Source of the DNA: Lepidodermella squamata
Taxonomy: Eukaryota > Animalia > Gastrotricha
Direction of reading: 5' to 3'
Assembly (NCBI GenBank): GCA_047495785.1
Contig: JBLDXI010000028.1
Span: 930,001 to 994,000 of the forward strand
DNA length: 64,000 bases
In this document: positions 49,562 through 62,200 of the stretch, in pieces
Numbering within the stretch: position 1 is the stretch's first letter
How the letters are laid out: every line of letters starts with the position of its first letter
Notes under the pieces: generated by a model
The model's input: only the letters and a program-made list of their open reading frames with translations
Told to the model about the DNA's origin: nothing
Databases searched by the model: none
Translations under genes and position numbers: made by a program

Positions 49562-52500
49562 CTACTTGTGCGGCTGCTCCGGTTGGTTGTAGAACGATTC
49601 GATCGTCTCCTTGTACATTTTGGCAACGATAGGCCGGCGAACTTTCATCGTTGGGCCAAGCTCACCGCCTGGGATCGAGAAGTCCTGCGGCAACAGCGTC
49701 CACTTTTGGATACGCTGAGCTTGCGAGGTCGCACGTTCGTTTACGCGATCAATGGCAGCCTAGAAAAATCGATAAAATTGTATTAAAAAATCTTCAATTG
49801 AATAGCAATTTATCGCAAATTTGTGGAAATCATAATTCAATTTTAGATGAAGCCAAAATTTTTAATTCCATCAAAATTTTTGAATTTAAAATTCCAGGAC
49901 TAGATTTCCCCAAAATATGGTTTTTCGAGTTTCACGTCTTTTATAGGATCGCATTTTTTCGTTAAAATGCCTAGCCAATGAATCCACAAATTATGGGCAT
50001 TTCGCGCTATGAGGGCTAAAGTTCGATTTATATTCAGTCTGCAGAGCCGATTTCGAGTATCGATTTAACAAATCAGTGATTTTTCCGATATCAACCGTCT
50101 AGGAACTAAATTTCGACAATTTTCCTCACAGCACCATGTAGCTGAAATAAAAAATCCCATGTTCAGGGGGGCATCAGTATCGATATCAGATAAAAAGCCG
50201 AAATCGAGAAATATATAAAAATTTAGTGTCAGGACGCTTACTTTTTGGCTCTTTTTGAATATTCGAATACAATTTAACCCATCTCAAAAGTAAACAAAAA
50301 TTCTGAAACCCCATTTTCTTCGTTCATAGAATCTCAAAAATAAAATCTGGTGAAGTGAAATATTTAAATCAATTTTAATTTTAATTTTAATCTCAATTTT
50401 AAAATTTTCTTGAAACATTTAGAAATCCCATTTTTTAACGGTCAACTAACCTGAATAGCCTTGAGAATGGGTAGATCTGTTTTCTCGAGAATTTCCGAAA
50501 CACGGGTCGACGAGCTGCCGAGAGATGCGGCCCAGTTCAGCGCCACCGGCGCCAATTTGTCACGCGGAACCATCGTATCCGGGTCAACCTCCGACTTGAG
50601 CGTCAGCAAAACCGACAAAAATTTGCGCCGATCGCCAATCAACATCGCCTGCGACAGGGCCGGCAGTTCAGCCTTCAACGCGTCCTCAATCGGAATCGGC
50701 GGGATATTTTCACCACCAGCCGTGATGATCAACTCCTTGATGCGCCCGGTAATGAATAGATACCCAGCTTCATTGACTTTACCAACGTCACCCGAGTGAA
50801 GCCAGCCGTTGTCGTCCAAGGCTTCGCGCGTTTTCTCCGCGTTGAACAGATAGCCCATGAACACGTGCCGGCCTTCCATGCAAATTTCGCCGGTTCCATC
50901 CGCAGCGGGTTCGTGGATGTGCGTGATGGCGCCGGGGATAGCTCGGCCCGATGAGCCGAACTGGTACGCCTTGGGCAGTTGGATGGTGTGTGGCGCCGAG
51001 CATTCGCTCATGCCGTACGCGTCCAGGATGCGTAGGTTGAGGGATCGGAAAAATTCGAGCGTTTCAAGCATGATCGGCGCAGCGCCGGTGAACATCATGC
51101 GGCAGCGGTCGAGGCCGAGGGCTTGGCGCACTTTTTTGAACACGAGCGAGTTGGCGATGTTCCAACCGAATGGTACCTCGTCGCCGTTATCGAGCGCGTG
51201 ATTGCCTAGAAAAAAGACACAAGAAGTTTTTAGAAGTCAGGTCAATTTACTACGATTTTCGACCTCGTTTAAAGCAACTTCATCAGAAAAAAATTCCCTA
51301 AGCCGAAAAATCTCGACAAAACTGTGAAAAATTGTGTAATTTAGACGGGAATTAACAGTAGTACTCCGAGAGGCTCCTTGGAATTTAAAATTGAAGCTAA
51401 TAATTGCAAACAAATGATATTCGGGCCGGTACATACCAAAAATTTGAAGTTAAAAGGGCCAGTTTCCGTAATTTGTGAACACCCTAAACTCCATTTTTGC
51501 CCTTAGCTAATCAGGATATAACCCCCGTTTATTGTAAATTCAGAAGCACTAAATTTTCAATTTCCTATGCTAAATACCAGCTAGCGATATTCATAACTAA
51601 ATTCAAGGGCTCAAAACTTGGATTATTAGTTCAAGAACCCTGCAAGCCTGCTGAAGACCTTAATACCTTGGTTTACGAGTTTGACAACTGAATGAAAAAT
51701 AAGCGATAGATACAGAAATTTTCAAAAATTCTGGTTAAAATTGGAACATTATTCCGATTTTAGAGATACCCTGATACCCTGGAATGTAAAAATAAATCCA
51801 TATCATACAAACAATAAACAATACAGGACTAAGTGGCAATATTCAATCGAAATTCGTTTAACGGACTTCATTCTTCGTTTCCTAACTGGAATTATTTCAG
51901 AATTCTTCATGTTTTAATATTTAGAACTACAATTTACTTTGTATTATTATCAAGTTTGTTACTTCCAAAATTCCATGATTTTAAAACATGCCAGTTGAAA
52001 CTTCAACAACAGTAAGCTCTTTTTCGTTATTTTCGCATGCAATTTGAATTTTTATAGAATTTCTTCGCAATTATTCGCATATTTATTGTCAGTCTTTCAA
52101 ATTTTCAAATAAATGATTATTTACCTCGAAGGCCGATGTTTTTCGCCCAGCGAACGAACGATTTCTTAAGAGCCGGCGCTTGCGAGCCGAGTTCGATCAT
52201 CTTCTCCTGAATTTTCTCCCAGACACGCGGAACGCCGAGCAAAATCGTCGGCCGAACCTCCTGCAAAGTCGTCACCAACGAGCCTCGCAACGCATCCGGC
52301 TGCGCGACGTAGACACTCGCGCCAACCGTGAAAGGAATGTACATATCAATCAACTGCGCCGCAATGTGGCTCAGGGGCAGGTACGACACGCAAGTCTCTG
52401 CGCCCGGCGTCGATTCGGACAACTTCGCACACTGCGCCGCGGTCCATGTCAAATTATCATGCGACAGCATAACTCCCTTCGGATTGCCAGTCGTGCCACT

Positions 52501-55044
52501 CGTGTAAATCAGCGTAGAGCACATATTCGGCGCCAAATCGGCGATTCTCGAGTCCAGATCGGTCATAGGGATAGTCCGGCCGAGTTCGACGATATCTTGC
52601 CACGTATGCACGTTGGGATGGCCGTTCGCCGATGGCCTTCCCGTCCATTGAATGACCGCCTTCAGGTCAGGCAGATTCGGCCAGATTTTCAGAATTTTTT
52701 CGAGCTGCTTGTCATTTTCGACGACGCAAATGTTGGCGCGGCAGTCCTTCAGCGGCCATTCGCACGCCTCTGGGTTGTTAGTCGCGTAGATGCCGGCCGA
52801 CATGCCGCCGGCGTAGATTGCGGCGAAGTTGGCCATGAACCACTCGGGCGAGTTGAAGCCGAGAATGCCGACGCCGTGGTAGCGCTCGAGGCCCAGATGG
52901 ATTAAAGCCCTCGCGACGGCCTTGATTTCGGACATCATTTCCGAAAACGACCACTTCTTCCATTCATTGTTCCGCTTAACGGCTGTTAAAAAAAATTAAA
53001 TTTAAATAAAAATATTCAGCAGATAAATAAAATGTTGTGATGCCTAAAATCTTAAAATTAACGAATTTTCAGAATTTTCTAGGAAATTCCAAAAATTGTT
53101 TTGACAAAAGAACTATTCTTAGCTTTCACTATATCCTAAACCAGTTTTCTTGAAGATTCAGTAGATTCTTGGAAGCTAGCCCGCTCAGAAACCTTGACAA
53201 ACCTCATTTCGATATATTCCTCGTTTATTGATTTTGAAAGCTGCATCGAAGTCTCAAGATGTCAAACATTTCGCCAAGCCCCAATTTTCACTTCTTATCG
53301 GTTAAAGGTAAAATTCAAGTTACATTTACGGATACTTATTGAGATTCCTATTCAATTCCTGAACATCTGATATGTTATTAACTTTTCACATTGGTGTTGA
53401 TAACGCTTCAATTTACGATTATTAAGTACTGTTTTTTTCGACGCAAATAACCAATTTAAATGAAAGGAAAAAATTGGCCGTAATATAGCCCTAAAGGCCA
53501 TTAGTTGACAAAGCATAGTGGACAAGCGCACGTACTGAATAATTAAAACCAAGTCACATGGCGAAAAATCAATAAATTCATCATTAATTGAACCAGTTAA
53601 TAATTCAGATTTCATCCATTTGAAAAATTACCATCGATCCAAATGTTTTTCTTCCATTCTCTATTAAGAAGCCCTAATCTGGCAAAAAGCCGTAATAATC
53701 CCGGTTTTTTAAACACCCATCATCTTGTATTAGTCCAATGAGTTTTTTTTCAATAAGCCTAGTGACTAAATTCTGTCCTTTTCTAGTTTTTTCTTCGATT
53801 AATTTAATTGGCCGTTCATATACCTAGCGCAGTGAGGTCAGGAAATTTCGCAGCCGTCCTTTCCAGCATTGTGTTGATGAGTATTGGCGGCTCGGACAAC
53901 GGGCCCGATTTGGTGCAACGCAACAGAACAGCATCCTCCGGTCTGGTCGCAACGAGAGAAATCGCCGGTTTCAGCTTATCACCAGCCGTTGGGATAATGT
54001 ATTTATCAGATTTAACGATCAACCGCTCATCTTCAGGTGCCTTATCTTGTTCAGGAGTTTTCACTCGAGTTTCTTCATCTTTGCCGTTGAGTTCTCGCGA
54101 GCCAAGTTCGTCGTGAACTTCGCTTTCTTCAACTGAAACAAACAACAACATCTTGTTCATTCTTTTCACGTACTCAACTCCATATATTTAGGCAGCTAAA
54201 AATGTAAATTAATTACGCCGAGGAAATATAATTGTTGAAGTGGTCGCAGTCGACTACTTTCGAGCGCGAGCATGCGAAAAACCGATAAGTGAAGCGATCG
54301 ATAGCCGAGACTTACTGGCTCTTTCACAGTATATAACAATATAGCGCTAGTGCTTATAAGCGAGGAAAATCTATAATACAGCATAATAATAATAATAACA
54401 CAACATAACTGTTGCTCTTAATAAAGGCGCTACATTTTGGCATCGGCTGGCTGCAATATTTAGTTTTTTCTCGCTTTGTTTAGCCAAGACGTGGACTTTG
54501 ATCCACGCGTTGGGCCAAAAAAATCGAATCGGGTAATGAACGGAAACATGTTAATACATCCGCCCCACCGCACTTGAGAATGAGCGCGCTAGAAAAAATT
54601 AGCTCGGAAAATAATACCTTTAATTTCGACGTTTTCTTCGCAGCTAGTATTCGGGCTGTTATCTTCATCGCTCGATGCAATAACTTTGGTCGTCGTAGTT
54701 GTGGTTTTCTTTACAACTCGCTTCTTGGTAATTACAATCTCGCCTTCCAGTTCGGCGCCTTCTTCCGTGTGATTGATCAACTCGCGCTCGATGCTGGTAG
54801 AAGATGTTAAAACGTGAGTGGTAGATGATTTAGCCGTCACTTCGCCATTGCTATCAGCGCTTGTGTTGCTTGAATCGAGAAGAATTTTCTTTTGGACATG
54901 CGGCGAATAGCCAAAGCCATTTTCGCCGGCATTTTTCGCTCTGGCAGTTGGTAGGAGGCTGTCTTTTTCGGTCGAAGTTCCGTTTGTTTCTTCAACGTGT
55001 CCTTCTACATTTCCATTGTGTTCAACTTCTGAGTGACCGTTCAT
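49562..55044 (-). CDS. ACSBG: Long-chain fatty acyl-CoA ligase, bubblegum family; exons 55044-54618, 54132-53824, 52982-52125, 51205-50451, 49759-49562
   Basis: LGLERYHGVGILGFNSPEWF, YTSGTTGNPKGVMLSHDN, SYLPLSHIAAQ, YGMSECSAPHT, GWLHSGDVG, ITGRIKELIITAGGENIPP and DFSIPGGELGPTMK. All phases are consistent. Confidence 0.95.
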
Positions 55045-55347
55045 GACCACACACAGTAGTGATTAATGTTGACTGGTTTGGTAAAAGTTGATAAAACTTT
55101 AAAGCGGCAAAGGCCCCTCGGTAAAATACACGAATAAAAGAGATCGAATCTAGAAATAAAATACGACGTTAAAAATAATCGGCGCATATTGTGAGAAGGC
55201 ACAGATCGACAAAAAATTGAAACGACGCCAAAGCGTCAAACCAAGTGCACGCCCCCTTTTGTAACAGCTGAAGTTATTGGACACCAGCGCGCGATGAAAC
55301 AGTGTGATGTTCATTTTTTGCAAACGCGGTCGCGTGCCTCACAAAAA

Positions 55348-55357
55348 TTGGCGCCAA
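55348..55357. promoter_or_regulatory. E2F-like palindrome TTGGCGCCAA upstream of ACSBG
   Basis: Motif match in the CpG-rich stretch about 300 bp 5' of the ACSBG ATG. Confidence 0.25.
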
Positions 55358-56259
55358 AAATCGCTTCAAGGGAGTTGTTGCGTAAACTTTGAATGATGAG
55401 CACTGTTTTCAACTCTTCTTAAACGATATCTACTTTTCATTGATGTGCTTTTTGATAAGCTTGTAAGAGCGACCAATCATACCATAACCCAATTCACAGT
55501 AAAGTGAACTAGCTAGCTAATTTTTCAGTGCTTCTAGAGATGAACACATTTTCTCATTTCCTGCTTCATGTTTCAAAAAGCAAACCGAGAACTGAACATT
55601 GATCAACCGAAAAATCCAGACAGTCCACGAAGCGGAATTTCTTTCATTTGATACTGCTGAAATGTTGCATTCGTCATCGAAGCCAATTAAAACACATAAA
55701 AGTATAATATTTTGTAGAGCTACCGCATGGAGAATGATTCTGCGTAATATCGGACAGATATCGAACAAAATCAACGTAATATCCAATATCCAACAGCTGC
55801 AGCTTTTCTTTCCAGCAACATTAAGTCAATTTGGCACATTTACTTGGCGTGCGTCACACATCTCAATTGAGCATTATGATAGGCTTGCGATGGAAACGCA
55901 ATCAATACCAATAATTTTATTTTGCGAGCAATTAGATTGCTAATTGAAAAGCAAGGTACGGAGCAAATATCTTTTTAAAAATATAAGAAACATTGAATAA
56001 TGAGAAATGAGATCACACATAACTCGGCGCTTCAGTAAATTTCAATGTCTCGTATAAATGAATACAGATGCAAGAGCGACGAAATATATATGAAACAGCT
56101 GTTCTCCCTCAGGATTGAGAGTTCGGAATAAATGCCCTGGCAACACAGGCTTCATCTAAGGCATCATTCAAGATATACTTAAGTGCTAGGAGTTGGATCT
56201 CTCTCAACTATCATCATTCGATAACTATTTTACCGAAGCTGCAGAAGGGGGCTCAAAAG

Positions 56260-57100
56260 ACAGTGTAGACCAGTAGCATCGTGTTTTCTAGGTTAGGTGC
56301 CGCTCGGTCCGATAGCTACACACCCACCCTATGCATGACGCATAGCCAGCTCGCACCGCTAGCAAGTACGGCGGCGCTCATTTTTGAAAATCGATGACGC
56401 GGTTTCTGTTTCAAAGTGAAGGTTGGACACAATTTTTTAGTATAAAAATTTAATAATAACTAAATAATTTATACAACACTAATAATTATGATAATGTTTC
56501 TAAGCATAAATTAGTAGCATGGTTTTATGCTTGGTTCGTTTTTTTCTTTTTGCTTCTTTTTGCTCGTTCGTCTATGCTCGCTCGTTCGTAAACTTTCATT
56601 GGAACCAATTGTCTAACATTGTCTTTTTCAGCTGTGTTGGAAGTGCGATCGACTGGTGTCGCTCTCGGATGCTTTTAGCTTAAGGTTTTGACTGATGTGG
56701 TGCGACTTACGATTCGAGTTTCTGACATGGATACGCCCGCAGCCACCGCTTGAGGGCATAGACGTGGGTGGCCATACTCCTCAAAAGGTCGGAATGTTCA
56801 GAGGAACCAACATCTAAATCGTTTGTCGTCATCCTCAGTCAGGCCCGGCTAGGGCGTTCAGTACAAGGGCTGTGCAGCCAGCACAGTTCTCTCGGATGAT
56901 TGTCGGACTAGCCGCTACGCCGGCCTTAGGGTCATATCGTTGTGTCGTTCACGGTGCCCGGCTTGTCAGTACCCTACCCTACCCTAACTGTTTTTTGTAC
57001 TTACGCACTTAATACCTCCCGACGAGGGCTTTCGAGAAAGTAACGTGCGGGTGTTAACGTTATTTATAGGCAAGGCATACTAAAAAACACCCGTTATGAC
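56260..57100. repeat. Probable non-autonomous repeat or structured element with a telomere-like (CCCTA)3AC tract
   Basis: GC-rich non-coding blocks with several hairpins, TACCCTACCCTACCCTAAC at ~56970-56988, and weak end similarity GTGTTTTCTAG (56281) vs CTAAAAAACAC (57080). Confidence 0.3.
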
Positions 57101-57223
57101 AGAAAATTCGCATAAATTGTTAACATAATATTTCATTGAATTTCAACGGTTTTCAAACGATAAGAAACATATTACTTTCGGCTTCATAAAAAAATTGTTG
57201 GCGCAAGTTATTTATGGACGAAC

Positions 57224-58306
57224 CTAGCTGATGTTCTTGTTTCCAGCTCGAGTCAGCGTAGAGATGAGATCTTGCTTGCCGGATTGAGTTGCGAATGACA
57301 AAGCTGTCATACCTTGAATATCGCGTGCATTGATGTCCGCGCCATTGGCTAACAAAAGCTCGACAATCTCTGGACTTGCATTGGGCGACGATGTTGCCAC
57401 AAGCAATGGCGTAGCCCCGTTCTTATTCACCGAATTTACTTTCGCGCCATAGCAGAGGAGACTTCCAGCAATGGCAGTGTTGCCGTTATAACATGCAACC
57501 ATCAAAGGAGTTATCAACTGCTCTGTTTCGGCAATATCAACATCAGCTTTCCTGGCTAGTAAAACATTTACGATTTGAGCATTGTTTTGAAGTGCTGCGA
57601 TCATCAGAGGAGTAACACCTTCGCGATTTCGAGCATTAATATCAGCCTTGTAGTCTAATAAAAGTTTGACACAAGATTCGAAGCCGCGATGGGCTGCCAA
57701 ATGGAGAGCTGTATTAGAAAGCCGAGCTTCGCTGTCTCTCGCATTAACATCAGCACCGTGAACTAAAAGAACTTTCACAATTTTCCAATGACCTTGCTCC
57801 GAGGCAGCGATCAACGGCGTGAGACCCCCACTGCTTTCGAGAGACTGACCGAGATTAACGTTTGCTCCACGGGCCAGAAGCAAACTTACGATGGAAAGAT
57901 GGCCCATTGCAGAAGCATAAATCAATGGAGTCTTGCCGTTGTTATCTTTCGTATTGACATTAACAGTATCCTTCTCCAGTAGTTGTCTCACAAGATTTTC
58001 ATCGCCATCTTTTACCGCCATTATCAGCAAATCATTATCATCTCTATCCTCTGTTGTCCACGTTGAAGCGGCGAAAGCCATCCCCAAAAATGGCGTAATC
58101 TTCATAGTAATACCTTCCTTACTAAGCGGAGCAGTGGCGACGGCGTAAAGTTTTAAATGGCTAGCAGCCGTTGTTTGTTGGCAGCCAAAAATTGCGTGAA
58201 ACAAGGGTCTGCTCCGATTAAGGACCTGGATAATTCATCGTAAATTAAACCATCTGCTTTGAAATTTTGATTTGTAAAAACAAACCTGGCGAAATTTTCC
58301 CGCCAT
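57224..58306 (-). CDS. Ankyrin-repeat protein (~8 repeats) with a mitochondrial-type leader; exons 58306-58286 and 58225-57224
   Basis: Repeated GxTPL..A...G....V.LLL..GADVN. A 60-nt phase-0 intron (GTTTGT..CCAG) joins MAGKFRQ to VLNRSRPLFHAIFG... Confidence 0.85.
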
Positions 58307-58823
58307 TTCGAAAATACTATTATCGCGGTAAATTCAGCCGAAAACTATTGTGAAAAATGGAAAAATTTATTGAGTAATGTGGGTGAAATCACGTTTAATT
58401 TTTCCACAAAATCTTCACGAATCAAAATATATAATTTGACCCATTTAGGCGCACAAGGTACCGCTTTAAAGAGCGTAAAAAAGGAGTCATTTCGCTATGA
58501 CATTACCTGCTATCATGATGGAAGTTTACGTCAATCACACAAGGTAATGCAGACAAAATTTTAATCGATATATCGCGCGGTGTTTCATTTTTCTCATGCA
58601 CTAGATCCGGAGCGCCGGCTTATGTCGCTGCATTTTTGCGGTAATCAATAATATAGGCTAATAAAAAGGAGGTGCGCATCTGACCCTACGCGCGACAGGT
58701 TTTATTACACACCGGATTTATTGCCCTCACGTTAATCCGCTGAATCCGTTGCGCATTACGCTTGACGTTCAAAATTCAAACACTGTAGTTGTTTCAATCT
58801 GCAAATTATACCTTCATTTTAAA

Positions 58824-59099
58824 ATGAGCTTTCTGAACGATTCTTATTCGGCTCTGATTTCCGGCGATACTAAACGCACGAAAAAGCTGCTCTGGAAGCC
58901 GCCGGCCGCCAAAAGCATGACTTCGATTCGATGCGCGTTTTGCGACAAATCTTGCAGCGCCGACGAAATGGTCGCTCATCAAAAAGCGGCTCATTACGCT
59001 GAAATCACAGCGTCCAACTCCTGCTCAACCTGCCGCGTCGCTTTCAAATCACGTCAAGGGCTGCGTTCTCATCAAAACAAAACTCACGCTGAAAAATGA
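58824..59099 (+). CDS. Small (91 aa) protein with two C2H2-type zinc fingers
   Basis: CAFCDKSCSADEMVAHQKAAH and CSTCRVAFKSRQGLRSHQNKTH; AAAATG start context; AATAAA at 59110. Confidence 0.75.
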   Translation: MSFLNDSYSALISGDTKRTKKLLWKPPAAKSMTSIRCAFCDKSCSADEMVAHQKAAHYAEITASNSCSTCRVAFKSRQGLRSHQNKTHAEK

Positions 59100-59283
59100 G
59101 CGAACTTCCAATAAAACACGTTTTCCTTGTAATATTGCGTTGTTTTTTATTCAAAATTCTTGTAGAAAAATTTGAGATATTATTCGCAACAAGTATTTCA
59201 GGTGTAATTAACGTAGCAATAATAGTGAGTCAACATGTGCGCTGAGGTAGATTAATTATATGTCGCAGAAATATAACACGAAA

Positions 59284-62200
59284 TCAATAGCCATGAACGA
59301 CTACATTTTCAAGATGGCCATGCCGCGTATTTCCCTCTGACCGGGCGGCTAGGGACGCGTTGATTTTCTTCTCCAAATTAACAATAATACGATCATCGGG
59401 CGAGTACACGCCCGTTCTCAGCAGTGTATCTCGCTCTTCAATCAACCGAGTGATGTAGTCAGGATCGGTTATTAAACCTGAATTTTGGTCTGATGGAGCA
59501 ATTTTTGTTGCTTTTTGGTCGTTTGTTTTCGGTTTATTCTGGTCTTTTTGTAAGACTGGCGAGTCGGTTCTATGCTCTTTGGCATTGCCCTGTGAACCTG
59601 TGCTAGAAATCGCGCCTAACCGGCTGATTTCTTCCCTGAAACGCTTCAATTCTTCGAAATCATTCGTCAACAGCTTTTTCTCCTCCTCGGCTAAATATCG
59701 CAGGCGCATTTGCTCCAAATCGCGCTGCTGCTTTTCGACCAGAGCGCGAGATTGTTCGGTTTGTTCCTGGCGAATGGCAGCCAGTTCACGCAGGGCGTGT
59801 CCCCATTGTTGTTTGTAGTGAAGTTTAGCCTTCTGAAGTGAATCGACACGGCGTTCGAGTTCTTCCTTGTCCAGCGTTAGTGAATTGACTTTGTGGATTA
59901 ACTCGCTGTCAGGATTAACGGCCAACCGCTGCTGTTGCTTCAACGCGGCGAAATCACGCTCGAGTTTGCGATATCTGAAGAGAATAAAATATAAAATAAA
60001 AATGAGAAGTTTCAGTGGAAGTCCCTAATTTGTCGCAAAATTCGAGGAAAAAATAATTATTCTTTGAGAAATTGAGGGCAAATTTGTTTGAAATTCGCCA
60101 GGTAAGAAAAAACCTGAAAATACGGTTGCCGATAATCGGAAAAATAAGATTCCTAAATTTCTATCAACAAACCCCCAATAATAATTAAGCTACAGCGGAA
60201 GAGTTAAATCAGAAAAAAATGAAGAATAATTCAAAAATTTTCTTCATATCTATAGTTTTCAGTTTTTGAGTACATTAATCGCAGGTAAGAATTCGTAAAA
60301 ATTACGAACATTTCCTTTCCGTTGTTCATAGTTTCATTAATTCAGTTCAGTCTTAATCGCTCCAATTCGCTATTTTTGGAAATAAAATTTCTGAGAAATT
60401 CGGGAATAGTATAATCAAGTATGTCACTTGTTACTGGGATTAAAAAAGCTCGGAGAAATTCCTGGTCCAACCGGTTAAAATACCGAAAATTACCGAACCA
60501 GTTACCATCGGCGTTTTCCGGGTTTTCTCCGGTAATAGTTCAATTTCTTCGGTTAAATCGTGTATAAAAGATGGAATATTCTCTCACTGGGTCACTGGGT
60601 TTAGTTTAATAAAATTAGGTGAATTTCCAACAAAAATTTGCTAAATTCAAAAATACTGCAACAAATATACTCGCATTAAGACAACTACTTAAAAAATGGC
60701 GGAAAGTTTCTAGTTGGCCGGTGGTTATTTGACTCGAAAATTTCCATTTTAAAAATTCCGCAAATACTTTTGGTCACGTTGATAATTGGATAAGATAATG
60801 CAGGAATGTTCAATATTCCGCGTAAAATATTCGATCTAATTGTAACATCCTCCTATGAAATTATCCAGCTAGTTTCGCGGTCTATACTCACTTATCATCA
60901 GCCTCGTGGAGCAGAATTTTCGTTCTCTGCAGCTCTTCGTCCAACTGATTCGCCCGCATTCGCTCGATCGCAATGCGATGCTGCGCCTCGTCTTCCATTC
61001 TCTTCGCCGCCTCCCTCAAATCCGCCGCCCGCATGTCCTTATACCGAGCCAGTTCACTGCGCAGGTGATCCAACTCACGCTCGCCGTGGCGCAGCTCAAC
61101 TTCACGCCGTTCGACTTCACTCAGCCGAGTTCGCAGCTCACTTTCCAGCCGGTTGTACTCCTCCATTTTCTTGGTCAACAACTGCTGGCGTTGATTATCA
61201 CGCCGCTGCCATTCTTCAGCCATTTCTTTCATATGTTCGATTTCACGAGATTTCAACTGCTTCTCAAAGAGTCTGAAAAAATCAAGAAAAATGATTGAAA
61301 ATTTGTAATTTTGATTATTGCTCACTTTTCTTGGGCATCTTTCCATAATTCGAGCTCAATGGCTGCTTGAACCTTGCCAGAATCGACGCCACCCTTCGGT
61401 TTCTTCGAACCATGAACCTTATTATGAGAATGGCCCAGCCGATTTTTCGCCTTTTTCTCGCCCGATTTGCCGCCATTTTTTGCCGATTTCGATTTCGCGG
61501 CCTTGGGCGATCGCAATACGCCTTCGCTATCTGTAGCTGAGCCGAGATTGCGAAGTACGACACTAGCCGTGGCATGGGCGGTCACTTGGCCACCAGTTGC
61601 CAACTCGCCGGCGAGAATGAGAGGCACACTTTCGGTAATCGACTGCTGTTCGACCGTTTTGCCTTCACGGCCTAGGACGACTATGCAAGGTGACTCGGCT
61701 AACCGCGTTAGAGAAAGCGACCCAACAGCCGCGAGTATCTGAAAAATTCCACATTTTTAACAAATAAATTTTAATCAAATTGATATGAATAAATATACAG
61801 GATTTCTAACAAGCTGCACGAAAAAATTTACTTAATTGGGTTGATCATTCATCAAAATTTGAGTTACGGGGGGGGGGGCCCGAAAGAAAATAAAACCGAA
61901 GACTAGAACCGAAAAAAATAAAATAGTCATGGTCAAAATAAATGGAGTCAATCGTAAATATTACTTGGAAAAGCGGAATTCTGACAGCGGATATTCGTGT
62001 AAAACTTGAAGTTCATTATTGTGAACAATTTCGACCAAAATAAAATTCGTACAATTCGACGGTTGTCTTATATGTAAATTTAACAAAAAAATATTTTAAA
62101 AATTCTAAAAAATCTGATATTAAATGGTGCGTTAATTCGCGCTGTTCTTATACCTTCAAATAATGTTCATATTTCTCGTTGTCATTTTCAAGCATTTTTA

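Noticed and set aside
54196-54384. Alternative first exon of ACSBG
   Set aside because: The available donors are phase 0, whereas exon 2 needs phase 1.
57224-58105. Horizontally acquired bacterial or endosymbiont ankyrin gene with a signal peptide
   Set aside because: An in-frame upstream exon with a typical 60-nt spliceosomal intron gives a eukaryotic mitochondrial-type leader, and nothing in the sequence requires horizontal transfer.
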